Notes: generated by a model from the letters alone, not told the origin. DNA of 64,000 nucleotides from Planctomycetales bacterium (GCA_037445915.1 JBBIJQ010000007.1:72-64071), one strand, 5' to 3'. Counted from the first letter of the stretch, positions 20,044 to 28,439 are shown. A program made the numbers and translations.

Positions 20044-20849
20044 AGCCGCTTCATAGCCCGCCAGGCGCTGAAGCTGCGCCAACGCGCTTTGATGTAGGTG
20101 GAGTAATCCATTCCCGACTCGCGGCGCAGCGCATCGTCAATTTCCGTGAGGTCGTCAAGCGACGCCATCCGCTCAAAGTCCAGCTTCTCCTGCCAATCCT
20201 CTATGTCCCGCTGAAGCTGCCCCACGATAAGCTCAAGATCCCGCTGCGAAGTCTCCGACTGCGCAAGCGCATCCTGCGCGCGGTAAAAGTTAAGTAAGTC
20301 GCGGATGGTCCAGAAGTAACGCGACTGCTGGCGGAAGTAATAGACGCGCGCGGGCGACCTTGCGATTTCCGCCTGCAAATTTAGTAGCTCCGTCTTCGCC
20401 CTAAACGCGCCGCGCGCAATTTCCTCAAACTTTGATAGCCGCGCGGCGAGCGTCTCTTCCGCCCGCAGCGTCTCAGGAAAGAACGCGGCTGCGGGAATGC
20501 CCTTCAGCATGTCCTGCGCCTGCCGACTCTTCTCCGCAAGCTCGCGCAGGTCTTTTTCAATGCTCCTGCGCTCCTCCTCCGTGCGGTATTGTTCAATAAT
20601 AATGCGCGCACTTTCAATCCAGGAGTCGGCAGCCTTGGAAAGCGAGTTGCGCGTTTGGGCAAGCGCGCTTTGCTGCGCGGATTTGTCCCTCTGGAAGCGC
20701 GCGTAGTCGTCGGTGGCGGCAAAGAAGGCGAATGCTATCACAACCGCCCAAGGGAGCAGGAGCCATCTTCGGTCAAGCAAGCCCATAGTATTAAGAAGGT
20801 TTCTGATTCTACCGCGAAGCGCGCGTAAACGGCGCAAATTCGCTAGCAA
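20040..20849 (-). CDS. hypothetical N-terminally membrane-anchored coiled-coil protein
   Basis: One TM helix (LLLPWAVVIAFAFFAA), then long heptad-rich charged segments. Convergent 4-nt overlap with the upstream lipoprotein gene. Confidence 0.45.
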   Translation of the reverse strand: MLANLRRLRALRGRIRNLLNTMGLLDRRWLLLPWAVVIAFAFFAATDDYARFQRDKSAQQSALAQTRNSLSKAADSWIESARIIIEQYRTEEERRSIEKDLRELAEKSRQAQDMLKGIPAAAFFPETLRAEETLAARLSKFEEIARGAFRAKTELLNLQAEIARSPARVYYFRQQSRYFWTIRDLLNFYRAQDALAQSETSQRDLELIVGQLQRDIEDWQEKLDFERMASLDDLTEIDDALRRESGMDYSTYIKARWRSFSAWRAMKRL

Positions 20850-20863
20850 ACGCGCGTGCGCAG

Positions 20864-20872
20864 TGTTATACT
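20864..20872 (+). promoter_or_regulatory. extended -10 element TGTTATACT immediately upstream of the MBL-hydrolase reading frame
   Basis: Seen in sequence; lies ~7 nt before the in-frame N-terminal extension of the MBL gene. Confidence 0.3.
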
Positions 20873-20878
20873 GGGTTC

Positions 20879-21658
20879 ATCTCTTCACGTTTCGTCAACA
20901 TCGCCAGCGGGAGCGGCGGCAACTGCTCCCTTCTTACTTTAAGCGGTCGCCACTTTCTGATTGACTGCGGGGTTTCGCACAAGCGAATGTCTGTCGCGCT
21001 AGCAGGCTACGGCCTGAAGCCTGCTGATGTTGAAGCCGTCATTATCACCCACCTCCATTCCGACCATGTGAGCGCGCTGCCCGCGTGGTACCGACTATCC
21101 GGCTTGCGCTTTGTCTCCACGAACTACACGCTCAACAGCATAGTTGAGCACATCGGGGCTAAGCAGGATGTTGGCCGCCGCTTCTTCAGCTTTAGCCCCG
21201 GAGAAACGTATTCCTGCGGCGATGTATTGGTTAAGCCGTTCAGCGTGTCACATGATGCGCCTGAGACCGTCGGGCTTGTTTTTGAAACCGCGAATTCCCG
21301 CTTCACCTACCTGGCCGATGTAGGCGAGGCGGAAGGCGAGTTTATAGCGCACTGCTCCGGCGCGGACCTTCTCTTTCTTGAAGCCAACCACGAGCCCGAG
21401 ATGGTGAACGCAAGCTCATACCCCCCGTTCGTTAAGAATCGCATCCTCAGCCCGCGCGGCCATCTAAGCAATGAACAATCTCTAAGCCTGCTCACGAGCC
21501 TGACGGAACCGCCGCGCAAAGTAATCTTCGGCCACCTTTCCCGCAACAACAACGCGCCGGAACGCCTGCGCGAGCGCATAGACGAGTTTGGAATAGCTGA
21601 AATAGTTTCTGAAATAGCCATTGCCAACCAGTTTGAGCCCAGCGAGCTTGATTTTTAG
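20879..21658 (+). CDS. MBL-fold metallo-hydrolase (PhnP/RNase Z-like); the true N-terminus lies upstream of the ORF-track ATG at 20987
   Basis: THLHSDH (HxHxDH) follows the track start by only ~20 aa. In-frame upstream codons encode the missing first beta-strand RFVNIASGSGGNCSLL...LIDCG, but no ATG/GTG/TTG exists between stop 20804 and 20987. Confidence 0.65.
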   Translation: MSSRFVNIASGSGGNCSLLTLSGRHFLIDCGVSHKRMSVALAGYGLKPADVEAVIITHLHSDHVSALPAWYRLSGLRFVSTNYTLNSIVEHIGAKQDVGRRFFSFSPGETYSCGDVLVKPFSVSHDAPETVGLVFETANSRFTYLADVGEAEGEFIAHCSGADLLFLEANHEPEMVNASSYPPFVKNRILSPRGHLSNEQSLSLLTSLTEPPRKVIFGHLSRNNNAPERLRERIDEFGIAEIVSEIAIANQFEPSELDF

Positions 21659-21776
21659 GCTATCCCCATTCCTGCTTGATATAGTGTCCCCTCGTGGTAT
21701 AATGTCCGTGAATAGGCGCTTGTGAAACGCGCTCGGCTAATTTGTTTGGTGCGTATAATTTAGGAGGCCGACAACA

Positions 21777-23738
21777 ATGAAAAGGCTATTATTACTGGCC
21801 CTCTTGTTGCTCGCGGCATCCTGTGGCGGTGGCGGAAAAGTCGCGCCCACGCTTTCATCGCTTAACGGCGGGTTTAACTTGGCCGATATAAGCGTGATTG
21901 GCAGCGGGCGTTTAGTTGCCACTGTGGCTGGGGATGTTGCGGCTCCGGAGGTTATCATCAGCGTGGAAGGCGCAAAAGAACTGAAAGGCGCGATTTTCAC
22001 GCTTACTTATCCTAACAGCAGTTACCATCCCGTTGCGGTTGACTTTGGCGGCTTCCTCGGAGCCAAAGACGAGGTTATCAGCCTGAGCGTAACAGACCGC
22101 GCCGGTGAAGTCCCCGTAGGAATTGTGAAGATTCACCCCGATGAAGTTACCGGCGCTAACGGCGACGGCATAATCGCGCGTGTGTCTTTTGCCTCCGGCG
22201 GCTTAGCATCCAAGTCTGTTTCCGCCCCCCCTGTAGGCAACCATAACAAGCCGAAAAACCTCACAATCATAGAGACCGGCACGCCGGGGACATTCCAGCT
22301 AATGTGGAACGAGATGCATGTCGGCGATTATGACAACAACGGCATAGTCAACATCTCCGACATCACCCCCATCGCCATGCATTACGGGCAAGCCGCGGGC
22401 CTCCACCCGGCAGTCGAACTCATTACCGGCGGCGAAGGCGTTGTCGGCGTTGCGAACATCACCGGCATCGCGCAGAACTTCGGGACCTCGCTGGAAGGCT
22501 ACAATGTGTATGTTGCAGGCGACCCTTCTCCGCGCCCGCACAACACGAATCCGGCCGCCCCGTATTCCGTGATGCGCCCGGTTCCGCCTCCGGAAGGCCG
22601 CATTCTTTACACGTTCCTTGTTGACCTTGCGGGCCCGGCCGAAGTCCGCGTGCGCCCCTGCGACACTGACGGCAACGAAGGCGTGGAAAGCGACCCGGCG
22701 ATACCTGGCAGCGGCAGCGCTCCCGCGGCTCCAAGAAACCTTGGCGCTGTGGCGAACGAGACAGTCGGCGTTGGGCGCATTCTCCTCTCGTGGAGCGCCA
22801 ACACCGAGCCCGACCTGTTCCAGTACCGCATTTTCCGGCGTGACGGCGCAGTCGGCGTCTTCAACCAAATCGGTGTTGTCGCGGCCGGCGCAGTCCCGCT
22901 GACCTTCAGCGACAACAACTCTGGCCTCATGCTTTCCAGCGGCATCCCCTACACGTATCATATCAAGGCGGTCAATACCGCATCGCAAGTTTCCGCCGCC
23001 AGCAACGAGGCGACCGCGTCTCCGTTCTACCCCGGCCCGCCCACGGCGCCAACTTCCATCGCCGTCAAAGGCGAAGGCAACCCCTACTCATTCGCGATTG
23101 AAGTGAAGTGGGGGCCGGCAACCTCAAGTTACCTTGACGGCTATGAGATTTGGCGTAAGGCGCCTGGCGACACCGACTTCTCGCTGCTCCAGACCGCAGG
23201 CGCTGTCGGCGACCGCACAATCTACGATACCGGCCTGACCGGCGGCGAGACTTATACCTACAAGGTCCGCGCCTTTGACCAGTTTGACCAATTCAGCCCC
23301 TTCACGGCTGAGGCAAGCGCGCAGCCAAGCACGCACATCCCGCTGGCGATCATCTCCGTCACGACCAACAACACGACGATGACGATTGGCTCTACGACCG
23401 AGAAGGCGAACCTTGTGGTCACTCTTAACAACCCAGCTGCGAATGTGACTTGGACGGCTTCCCGTGGGACATTTGACAATGCCACGAGCAAGACGCCTAT
23501 TTATTCTCCGCCAGCAACAGGAACGGCGGCGAAAGTTGTTATCACCGTAACCGCCAACGACGGCATTGACAACGTCCAGGGCACAGTGGATGCGATACTA
23601 ACGACCTTACCGATACTCGGCCCACCAATCGATTTCACTTTTAAGAGCTGGTCAACTCCAAACACGCCATACGCTCCGTTCAGCTCGTTCTACGATGACG
23701 GGAAGGCTATCCTCCTCAACTGGGGAGCACACTGGTGA
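21777..23738 (+). CDS. secreted lipoprotein with dockerin-like Ca-binding repeat and fibronectin type III-like domains
   Basis: Signal peptide + AASCGGGG lipobox, a GDYDNNGIVNISDI dockerin/EF-hand-like repeat and repeated Ig/FN3-like beta segments. GGAGG RBS and TATAAT at 21754. Confidence 0.55.
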   Translation: MKRLLLLALLLLAASCGGGGKVAPTLSSLNGGFNLADISVIGSGRLVATVAGDVAAPEVIISVEGAKELKGAIFTLTYPNSSYHPVAVDFGGFLGAKDEVISLSVTDRAGEVPVGIVKIHPDEVTGANGDGIIARVSFASGGLASKSVSAPPVGNHNKPKNLTIIETGTPGTFQLMWNEMHVGDYDNNGIVNISDITPIAMHYGQAAGLHPAVELITGGEGVVGVANITGIAQNFGTSLEGYNVYVAGDPSPRPHNTNPAAPYSVMRPVPPPEGRILYTFLVDLAGPAEVRVRPCDTDGNEGVESDPAIPGSGSAPAAPRNLGAVANETVGVGRILLSWSANTEPDLFQYRIFRRDGAVGVFNQIGVVAAGAVPLTFSDNNSGLMLSSGIPYTYHIKAVNTASQVSAASNEATASPFYPGPPTAPTSIAVKGEGNPYSFAIEVKWGPATSSYLDGYEIWRKAPGDTDFSLLQTAGAVGDRTIYDTGLTGGETYTYKVRAFDQFDQFSPFTAEASAQPSTHIPLAIISVTTNNTTMTIGSTTEKANLVVTLNNPAANVTWTASRGTFDNATSKTPIYSPPATGTAAKVVITVTANDGIDNVQGTVDAILTTLPILGPPIDFTFKSWSTPNTPYAPFSSFYDDGKAILLNWGAHW

Positions 23739-23777
23739 TATTACTGCAAAAGGGAGTTACCCTTTCAATCGGATGAA

Positions 23778-24080
23778 TTGTATGAGATTTATGGATCTCA
23801 AGGTTTCTACTATATTATAGTGTGGCAAGATACGCTGTCGTTCATGACAGACTACTTTAACACTAACAACTGGACTGCCACTAACTGCTACGAGGATCCC
23901 ACTTTAGCATCCCTTACTCCGTGGGCTGCGGCTTATGGCGGCGGCAGCGGTGGTATTCCTCAGAATGCCCTGCTAGACCGCGATAGCGATGTCCGCCTGT
24001 ATGCGGTTGGCGCTATTGACCACGAACCTCGCAAAACCCAATGGACTAACGCTGTTAAGGAGCTGGTGGGCGTTCCCTAA
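23778..24080 (+). CDS. hypothetical 100-aa protein, in the same frame as the upstream surface protein across a single TGA
   Basis: 23778 and 21777 share reading frame, with only the TGA at 23736-23738 between them. The segment has conspicuously low GC. Confidence 0.3.
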   Translation: MYEIYGSQGFYYIIVWQDTLSFMTDYFNTNNWTATNCYEDPTLASLTPWAAAYGGGSGGIPQNALLDRDSDVRLYAVGAIDHEPRKTQWTNAVKELVGVP

Positions 24081-24103
24081 ACGCCCATTTACGGCGAACA
24101 ACA

Positions 24104-24135
24104 AAAAGGGCGGGGCCTCGGCCCCGCCCTTTTTG
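24104..24135. terminator. bidirectional rho-independent terminator (AAAAA-GGGCGGGGCC..GGCCCCGCCC-TTTTTGTTT)
   Basis: Perfect ~10-bp GC stem flanked by an A-tract and a T-tract. Confidence 0.8.
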
Positions 24136-24224
24136 TTTCACGTAACCACTAAGGTTAGGTAGGCCAGGGTTTACCCGCCTTTGGAGGGTGACCAGCCCAG
24201 CTCTGGATTTTCACTGAATACTAA

Positions 24225-24253
24225 CTTCCGTAGGCCAGGCTTTAGCCTGGCTC
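24225..24253. repeat. REP hairpin, left inverted copy
   Basis: Stem gccaggc / loop ttta / gcctggc, embedded in conserved flanks ccgtagg...ctc. Confidence 0.8.
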
Positions 24254-24267
24254 CGGAAAATTTGTGT

Positions 24268-24753
24268 TCACCTCTTCCTGTCCTTGTTGTAATACCAAAG
24301 GAATTTGTAATCCTCCGGCTTTCTCACAATGCCCGGCGAGACCGGATTATTAGCGATGTATTTCATCTCCTCATAAAGCTCATATTCGTTGCGGATTAGC
24401 CGCGTGTGCGATCGGGTTTCCCAAAGCGGCCCTGACCTTCCCCTGCTTCTGTTTACGCGAAAGGAACTGAGGCCTTTCACATGCTGCATCGCCCTAGAAA
24501 GCGTGACCTCTTTCCCGGTCACAACAGGCTTAATAATGAGATGAACATGATTGGACATAACTACCAGCGCGAACAAGTCGTATAGTTCGCCTCTGCCGTC
24601 CATCACTACGTTGAAGACAATTTCTTTCTTGGCATCCGTGAAATGGCTTATCCCTTCGCGCAAGTTGAAAGTAGCGAAATAGGTGCCGCCTTTTTCCTCC
24701 CATCGCGGAATATGCTTGCGGGCGGGTTTTGTAACTGCTTTGGGTTTGTCCAT
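24268..24753 (-). CDS. REP-associated tyrosine transposase (RAYT; IS200/IS605 TnpA-like Y1 HUH)
   Basis: 161 aa. HUH motif (SNHVHLII) and the C-terminal catalytic Tyr region (YIANNPV), typical of RAYT/IS200 transposases. Confidence 0.85.
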   Translation of the reverse strand: MDKPKAVTKPARKHIPRWEEKGGTYFATFNLREGISHFTDAKKEIVFNVVMDGRGELYDLFALVVMSNHVHLIIKPVVTGKEVTLSRAMQHVKGLSSFRVNRSRGRSGPLWETRSHTRLIRNEYELYEEMKYIANNPVSPGIVRKPEDYKFLWYYNKDRKR

Positions 24754-24790
24754 GTATCTGATGATAACATGAGGTAAGTGCCGTATCCCA

Positions 24791-24819
24791 GAGCCAGGCT
24801 AAAGCCTGACCTACGGAAG
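24791..24819. repeat. REP hairpin, right inverted copy
   Basis: Reverse complement of the left copy with one substitution (gtc vs gcc). Confidence 0.8.
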
Positions 24820-24842
24820 TTAAATCGTTCTTATACGCCCGA

Positions 24843-24862
24843 GCCGCACTAGTGAGTGCGGC
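24843..24862. repeat. 8-bp-stem hairpin gccgcact-agtg-agtgcggc between the G4 motif and the REP
   Basis: Perfect inverted repeat seen in sequence; part of the composite repeat downstream of ftsK. Confidence 0.5.
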
Positions 24863-24876
24863 TTATCTTTCTGGAC

Positions 24877-24907
24877 TTACCCCTTACCCCTTGCCCCTTG
24901 CCCCTTC
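24877..24907 (-). repeat. (CCCCTTN)4 on the plus strand, i.e. (GGGG-N3)4 G-quadruplex-type motif on the ftsK sense strand, starting 1 nt after the ftsK stop codon
   Basis: ttaccccttaccccttgccccttgccccttcc. Minus strand reads TAG-gaaggggcaaggggcaaggggtaagggg. Confidence 0.7.
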
Positions 24908-27187
24908 CTAATAATCCTCGTCCAGGGGCTGCGGGGCGATGAGAAGCTCACGGTTGCCCTGGTGGTCGGCGGGGCTCACTACGCCCTGCTGCTCCATCTG
25001 CTCCATAATCCGCGCCGCGCGGTTGTAGCCGATTTTCAGCCTCCGCTGCAATAGCGAGGTGCTGGCGCGCCCGGCGCGGGTGATGATATCCATTGCGTCG
25101 CTGTATAGCTCGTCAAGCTCGTTACCGTCCCCGCCGCGGTTGCCGTTGCTGTCCCAGTCCTCGTCGCCGTTTTCGCCGCTAAACGCGGTGATGTCTTCAA
25201 TGTAGTCGGGCTTGGTCTGCTTGCGCAGGAACTCTGCCACGCGCTTAACCTCTTCATCACGCACCCACGCGCCCTGTACGCGAAGCGGCTTGGGAATGCC
25301 CACCGGGAAATAAAGCATATCGCCTGTGCCAAGCAGCTTCTCCGCGCCCGGCATGTCTATTATCGTGCGCGAGTCGATTTGGGAGACCACTGCGAACGCG
25401 ATGCGCGACGGGATGTTCATTTTGATGTTGCCGGTGATGATTTTAGCGTCGGGGCGCTGCGTTGCGACTATGAGGTGGATGCCAGTGGCGCGCGCGAGGT
25501 GCGCGATGCGGCCAATGAGGCGCTCAAAGAGGGGGCCCGCAGCCTTGATGAGGTCTGCCAACTCGTCGACGACGACCAGGATGTAAGGAAGCGGGCCGCT
25601 CTCCGGCGGCTTGTCGTTGTAGCCGTCAATGTTGCGAACGCCATGTTCCTCAAACGCGCGCAGCCTTGTCTCCATCTCCGAAACGACCCATTTCAGCGCG
25701 CTTAGCGCCTCGTTGATGTCGTTGACGATGGGCGCGGCGAGGTGCGGCGTATCCTTAAACACGCTCATCTCAACGCGCTTTGGGTCAATGAGGATAAGTC
25801 TTAGGCTCGCCGGCGAGTTGCGGTACATCAAGGAAACGAGAATGGCGTTGAGGCAGACGCTCTTGCCGCTGCCAGTGCTCCCTGCGACGAGAAGATGGTG
25901 CATGTCGTGGATGTTGCCGATGACGGGCTTGCCCGCGATGTCGCGCCCGATAGGGACCGCGAGCGGGTGCGCTTTGGACTTTAGCTCTGGTGATTCCAGC
26001 AGCGCGCGCAAGGATATCTTGTTGAACTTGCGGTTGGGGACTTCAATGCCGACCGCGCTTTTGCCGGGGATGGGCGTTTCCAGACGCACGGCGGGCACAG
26101 CAAGCTCAAGCGCGAGGTTGTCCGCGAGCGCATGCAGGCGGCTAACGTTTATCCCCGGCGCAATGCGCAGCTCAAAGCGGGTGACGCGCGGGCCGACCTC
26201 CCAGCTTGAAACCTCGCTTTCAATGTTGAACGCCTTGAGCGTCTCCACGATGACCTGCGCGTTGCGCTGCAAAACATCCTCGGCGACCGCTGAGAATGGG
26301 AAGTCGCTGAGAAGCCCAAGTGGCGGGAACTGGTAGTCTCCATACGCGGCGGCGAAGCGGAATGCCTGCTGTCCGACCTTCGGTGGCTCATCCGCGGCAA
26401 CCGCCTTTCCACCTGCGCCTTCGGCGAGCGTATCTTCCGCTCCGCCAGCCGACCCTAAAGGCGCGGGCTTATCCGCAGCTTCTCCCGGCGATGCAGCATC
26501 GCCGTCCACATATTCGTTCGCTGCTTCCGCTTCAAGCATTTCGCGCCTGCGCTTCAGCTCGGCTGCTGCGGCGCGCTGGCAAGCCTCGTTGCGCAAGTCG
26601 TCTATGAAATTCTCGCAAAAGCGCAGCGCAGGGAGCAAAAAGCCCCTGCCTGCGAAGGCGATGATTAGCCCGAGCAAGAGGAACGATAGAAGGACTGGGT
26701 AAAAGAACCCCAGCGCAGGCTCGGCGAAATGCCAGGCGAGCCTCCCGCCTTCCCCCCCGACGAAGTAGTATCCAGCTAGCAGGCAAAAGATGAGGTTTAG
26801 CACAGCGAGCTTCCAGGCATAGCCGATGAGCGCAGGCTGCGCGCGCAGGGGCAGCGCAGCGAAGCCCGCGAGGAGTATCAGCAATGGGACGGGGTAGGCC
26901 GCAAGGCCCGCATACCTTAATAAGAAGTCGTGAACCGCCCGCGAGGAGTTTCCTGCCAAGCCGGGCGTGGCCAGCGACATTGCGACGAAGATGAAAACGA
27001 GAAATATCAGGAGCGCAGCCAGGTCCTGCCAGACCTCGGCCTGCAATCCCAGGATAATCCTGCTTCGGCGGCGGCTCCTCTTTTTTCGGGGCATACAGGC
27101 TAGATTATAAGCTATTATGCTTTTTTCCCGTAAGGGCTGCAAACCTCCCAAACTTATGTTATAATCCATAACCTGCTGATGGTGCAC
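24908..27187 (-). CDS. ftsK: DNA translocase FtsK
   Basis: N-terminal TM segments, an Ala/Pro/Gly-rich linker, Walker A (GSTGSGKS), and a C-terminal gamma winged helix (RAARIMEQMEQQGVVS). Confidence 0.95.
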   Translation of the reverse strand: MHHQQVMDYNISLGGLQPLREKSIIAYNLACMPRKKRSRRRSRIILGLQAEVWQDLAALLIFLVFIFVAMSLATPGLAGNSSRAVHDFLLRYAGLAAYPVPLLILLAGFAALPLRAQPALIGYAWKLAVLNLIFCLLAGYYFVGGEGGRLAWHFAEPALGFFYPVLLSFLLLGLIIAFAGRGFLLPALRFCENFIDDLRNEACQRAAAAELKRRREMLEAEAANEYVDGDAASPGEAADKPAPLGSAGGAEDTLAEGAGGKAVAADEPPKVGQQAFRFAAAYGDYQFPPLGLLSDFPFSAVAEDVLQRNAQVIVETLKAFNIESEVSSWEVGPRVTRFELRIAPGINVSRLHALADNLALELAVPAVRLETPIPGKSAVGIEVPNRKFNKISLRALLESPELKSKAHPLAVPIGRDIAGKPVIGNIHDMHHLLVAGSTGSGKSVCLNAILVSLMYRNSPASLRLILIDPKRVEMSVFKDTPHLAAPIVNDINEALSALKWVVSEMETRLRAFEEHGVRNIDGYNDKPPESGPLPYILVVVDELADLIKAAGPLFERLIGRIAHLARATGIHLIVATQRPDAKIITGNIKMNIPSRIAFAVVSQIDSRTIIDMPGAEKLLGTGDMLYFPVGIPKPLRVQGAWVRDEEVKRVAEFLRKQTKPDYIEDITAFSGENGDEDWDSNGNRGGDGNELDELYSDAMDIITRAGRASTSLLQRRLKIGYNRAARIMEQMEQQGVVSPADHQGNRELLIAPQPLDEDY
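27157..27165 (+). promoter_or_regulatory. extended -10 promoter TGTTATAAT, with a possible -35 ctgcaa 17 bp upstream, reading toward the pseudopilin genes
   Basis: Perfect TGnTATAAT lying inside the first codons of ftsK (opposite strand). It predicts a ~230-nt leader before the ATG at 27400. Confidence 0.5.
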
Positions 27188-27399
27188 CTTGATAGCTAAC
27201 CTTTAGGCTGGCGGGAGAATCCATCTGTTCGGGGGGGCGCATCCAGAAGGATGCCACTCCGGACAGATACACTCCACCAGATTAACTAGGTGTATCATTA
27301 TCCTGGTAGATTTGGCGGCCTGCTATTAGGGTAGCAGGCCTAGTCCTTGGACTCATATTATCTGGATGGGTTAATACTTTCAGAAGGAGGTTCGGTACT
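27188..27399 (+). promoter_or_regulatory. long structured 5' leader / divergent promoter region between ftsK and the pseudopilin operon
   Basis: Perfect hairpins ggcctgcta-ttaggg-tagcaggcc (9 bp), gcatcc-agaa-ggatgc and a gtccttggac palindrome. GAAGGAGG RBS before the GTG/ATG at 27400. Confidence 0.4.
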
Positions 27400-28428
27400 G
27401 TGTTGAGAACGAAAAAGGGATTCACCCTAATTGAGCTGCTGGTGGTCATCGTGATCATCGGCATCCTTGTGGCAATCGCCCTGCCAAACTTCATCAAAAT
27501 CAAGATCAAGGCGCGCGAAGCGGAGGTCAAGCAGAATCTTCATGCTATTCAGCTTGCCGTAGAACGCTACGCGACTGACAACGAGGGGCGCTACCCGTAT
27601 TTCCTCTACGGTGGCGACACCTATGTTAACGTCGGGACAAGTAAGCATGCTTGCGGCGACTGGATTGAACCGGGCGTTAACGGGAGGCACCCGTTTGACC
27701 TGTTCAACAAGACTTTCACCAATTACGACCATACTTACAGTGGCCGCGGCCTGTCCCGCAGCAACTTGGGCACGGCAGGCTTTGAGTTCGGCGACACGCT
27801 GGCGGTTGACGGCTACCTTACTCACTATCCAAACAACCCGTTCCTGACCAAGAAGGCGCAGAACATCTACGGCCTCGGCTCAAAGGACTGGGGCGGCTGG
27901 ATTCCCTGGAGGGCCTGCGGCGGCGTCAGCGGCCAGAATATGTTCAACCTCGGCTGGTCCGGCGAAGGTCCCAGCCTGATGGCTTACGACATTGACGGCG
28001 AGCCGAATACCTCAATCAAGCTTGAGTTCCCAGGCAACTTCTACTACCACCCGCGCTTCGTTGACGGGGCTAGCAACGCCGACCACTTCACTGCCCAGTG
28101 TACCTCACAGGCGATCACGCCAAACCATGTGACAGGCATAGGCGCAAGCGCCCGCCCCGGATTGGTTTGGAGCATGGATGTTGAGGGTTACGATCTCCTC
28201 GCTTACGGCGACCCTACAAGCGAAGGCTTTGACATTGACTACTCAATCAGCGGCGGCAGCCAGAAGATTAACTGTAAGCGCACAGGTTACCTGAACAACG
28301 TTCCGGAACCCAACCCTTACAACGCCGCCAACGGCTATGCCCCCCGGACAGTTCCGGACGGCAAGCCCGATTACTACATTATCCACCTGAGCAGCGCGCA
28401 GGACGCGAAGGCTCAGGGCGTCCTCTAA
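27400..28428 (+). CDS. prepilin-type N-terminal cleavage/methylation domain protein (large pseudopilin-like, 342 aa)
   Basis: MLRTKKG|FTLIELLVVIVIIGILVAIALPNF: class III signal with Gly-1, Phe+1, Glu+5. The C-terminal ~300 aa are unassigned. Confidence 0.8.
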   Translation: MLRTKKGFTLIELLVVIVIIGILVAIALPNFIKIKIKAREAEVKQNLHAIQLAVERYATDNEGRYPYFLYGGDTYVNVGTSKHACGDWIEPGVNGRHPFDLFNKTFTNYDHTYSGRGLSRSNLGTAGFEFGDTLAVDGYLTHYPNNPFLTKKAQNIYGLGSKDWGGWIPWRACGGVSGQNMFNLGWSGEGPSLMAYDIDGEPNTSIKLEFPGNFYYHPRFVDGASNADHFTAQCTSQAITPNHVTGIGASARPGLVWSMDVEGYDLLAYGDPTSEGFDIDYSISGGSQKINCKRTGYLNNVPEPNPYNAANGYAPRTVPDGKPDYYIIHLSSAQDAKAQGVL

Positions 28429-28439
28429 GTCTTTAGGAG

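Larger units (their letters stand above)
24225..24819 (-). mobile_element. REPtron-like unit: RAYT gene bracketed by inverted REP hairpins
   Basis: 29-nt inverted repeats at 24225-24253 (cttccgtaggccaggctttagcctggctc) and 24791-24819 (reverse complement, 1 mismatch) flank the Y1 HUH transposase gene. Confidence 0.75.

Noticed and set aside
23736-23738. TGA recoding (genetic code 25/4) to explain the in-frame stop between 21777..23738 and 23778..24080
   Set aside because: TGA terminates many conserved genes in this window at their expected ends (ftsZ, aroQ, the SLH first frame, etc.), so the standard code applies.
24185-24215. ctctggatt / ctggaatctg strings resembling the tmRNA 5' end (GGGGCUGAUUCUGGAUUCGACGGG)
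   Set aside because: The similarity is limited to ~8 nt, there is no tRNA-like acceptor/T-arm or tag reading frame, and the strings recur as modules of the REP family.
24870-24910. CCCCTT(N) tandem repeats as a CRISPR array or minisatellite
   Set aside because: Only four 7-nt units with no spacers and no cas genes. It is better explained as a G-quadruplex module of the REP-associated composite repeat, found again at 60090.
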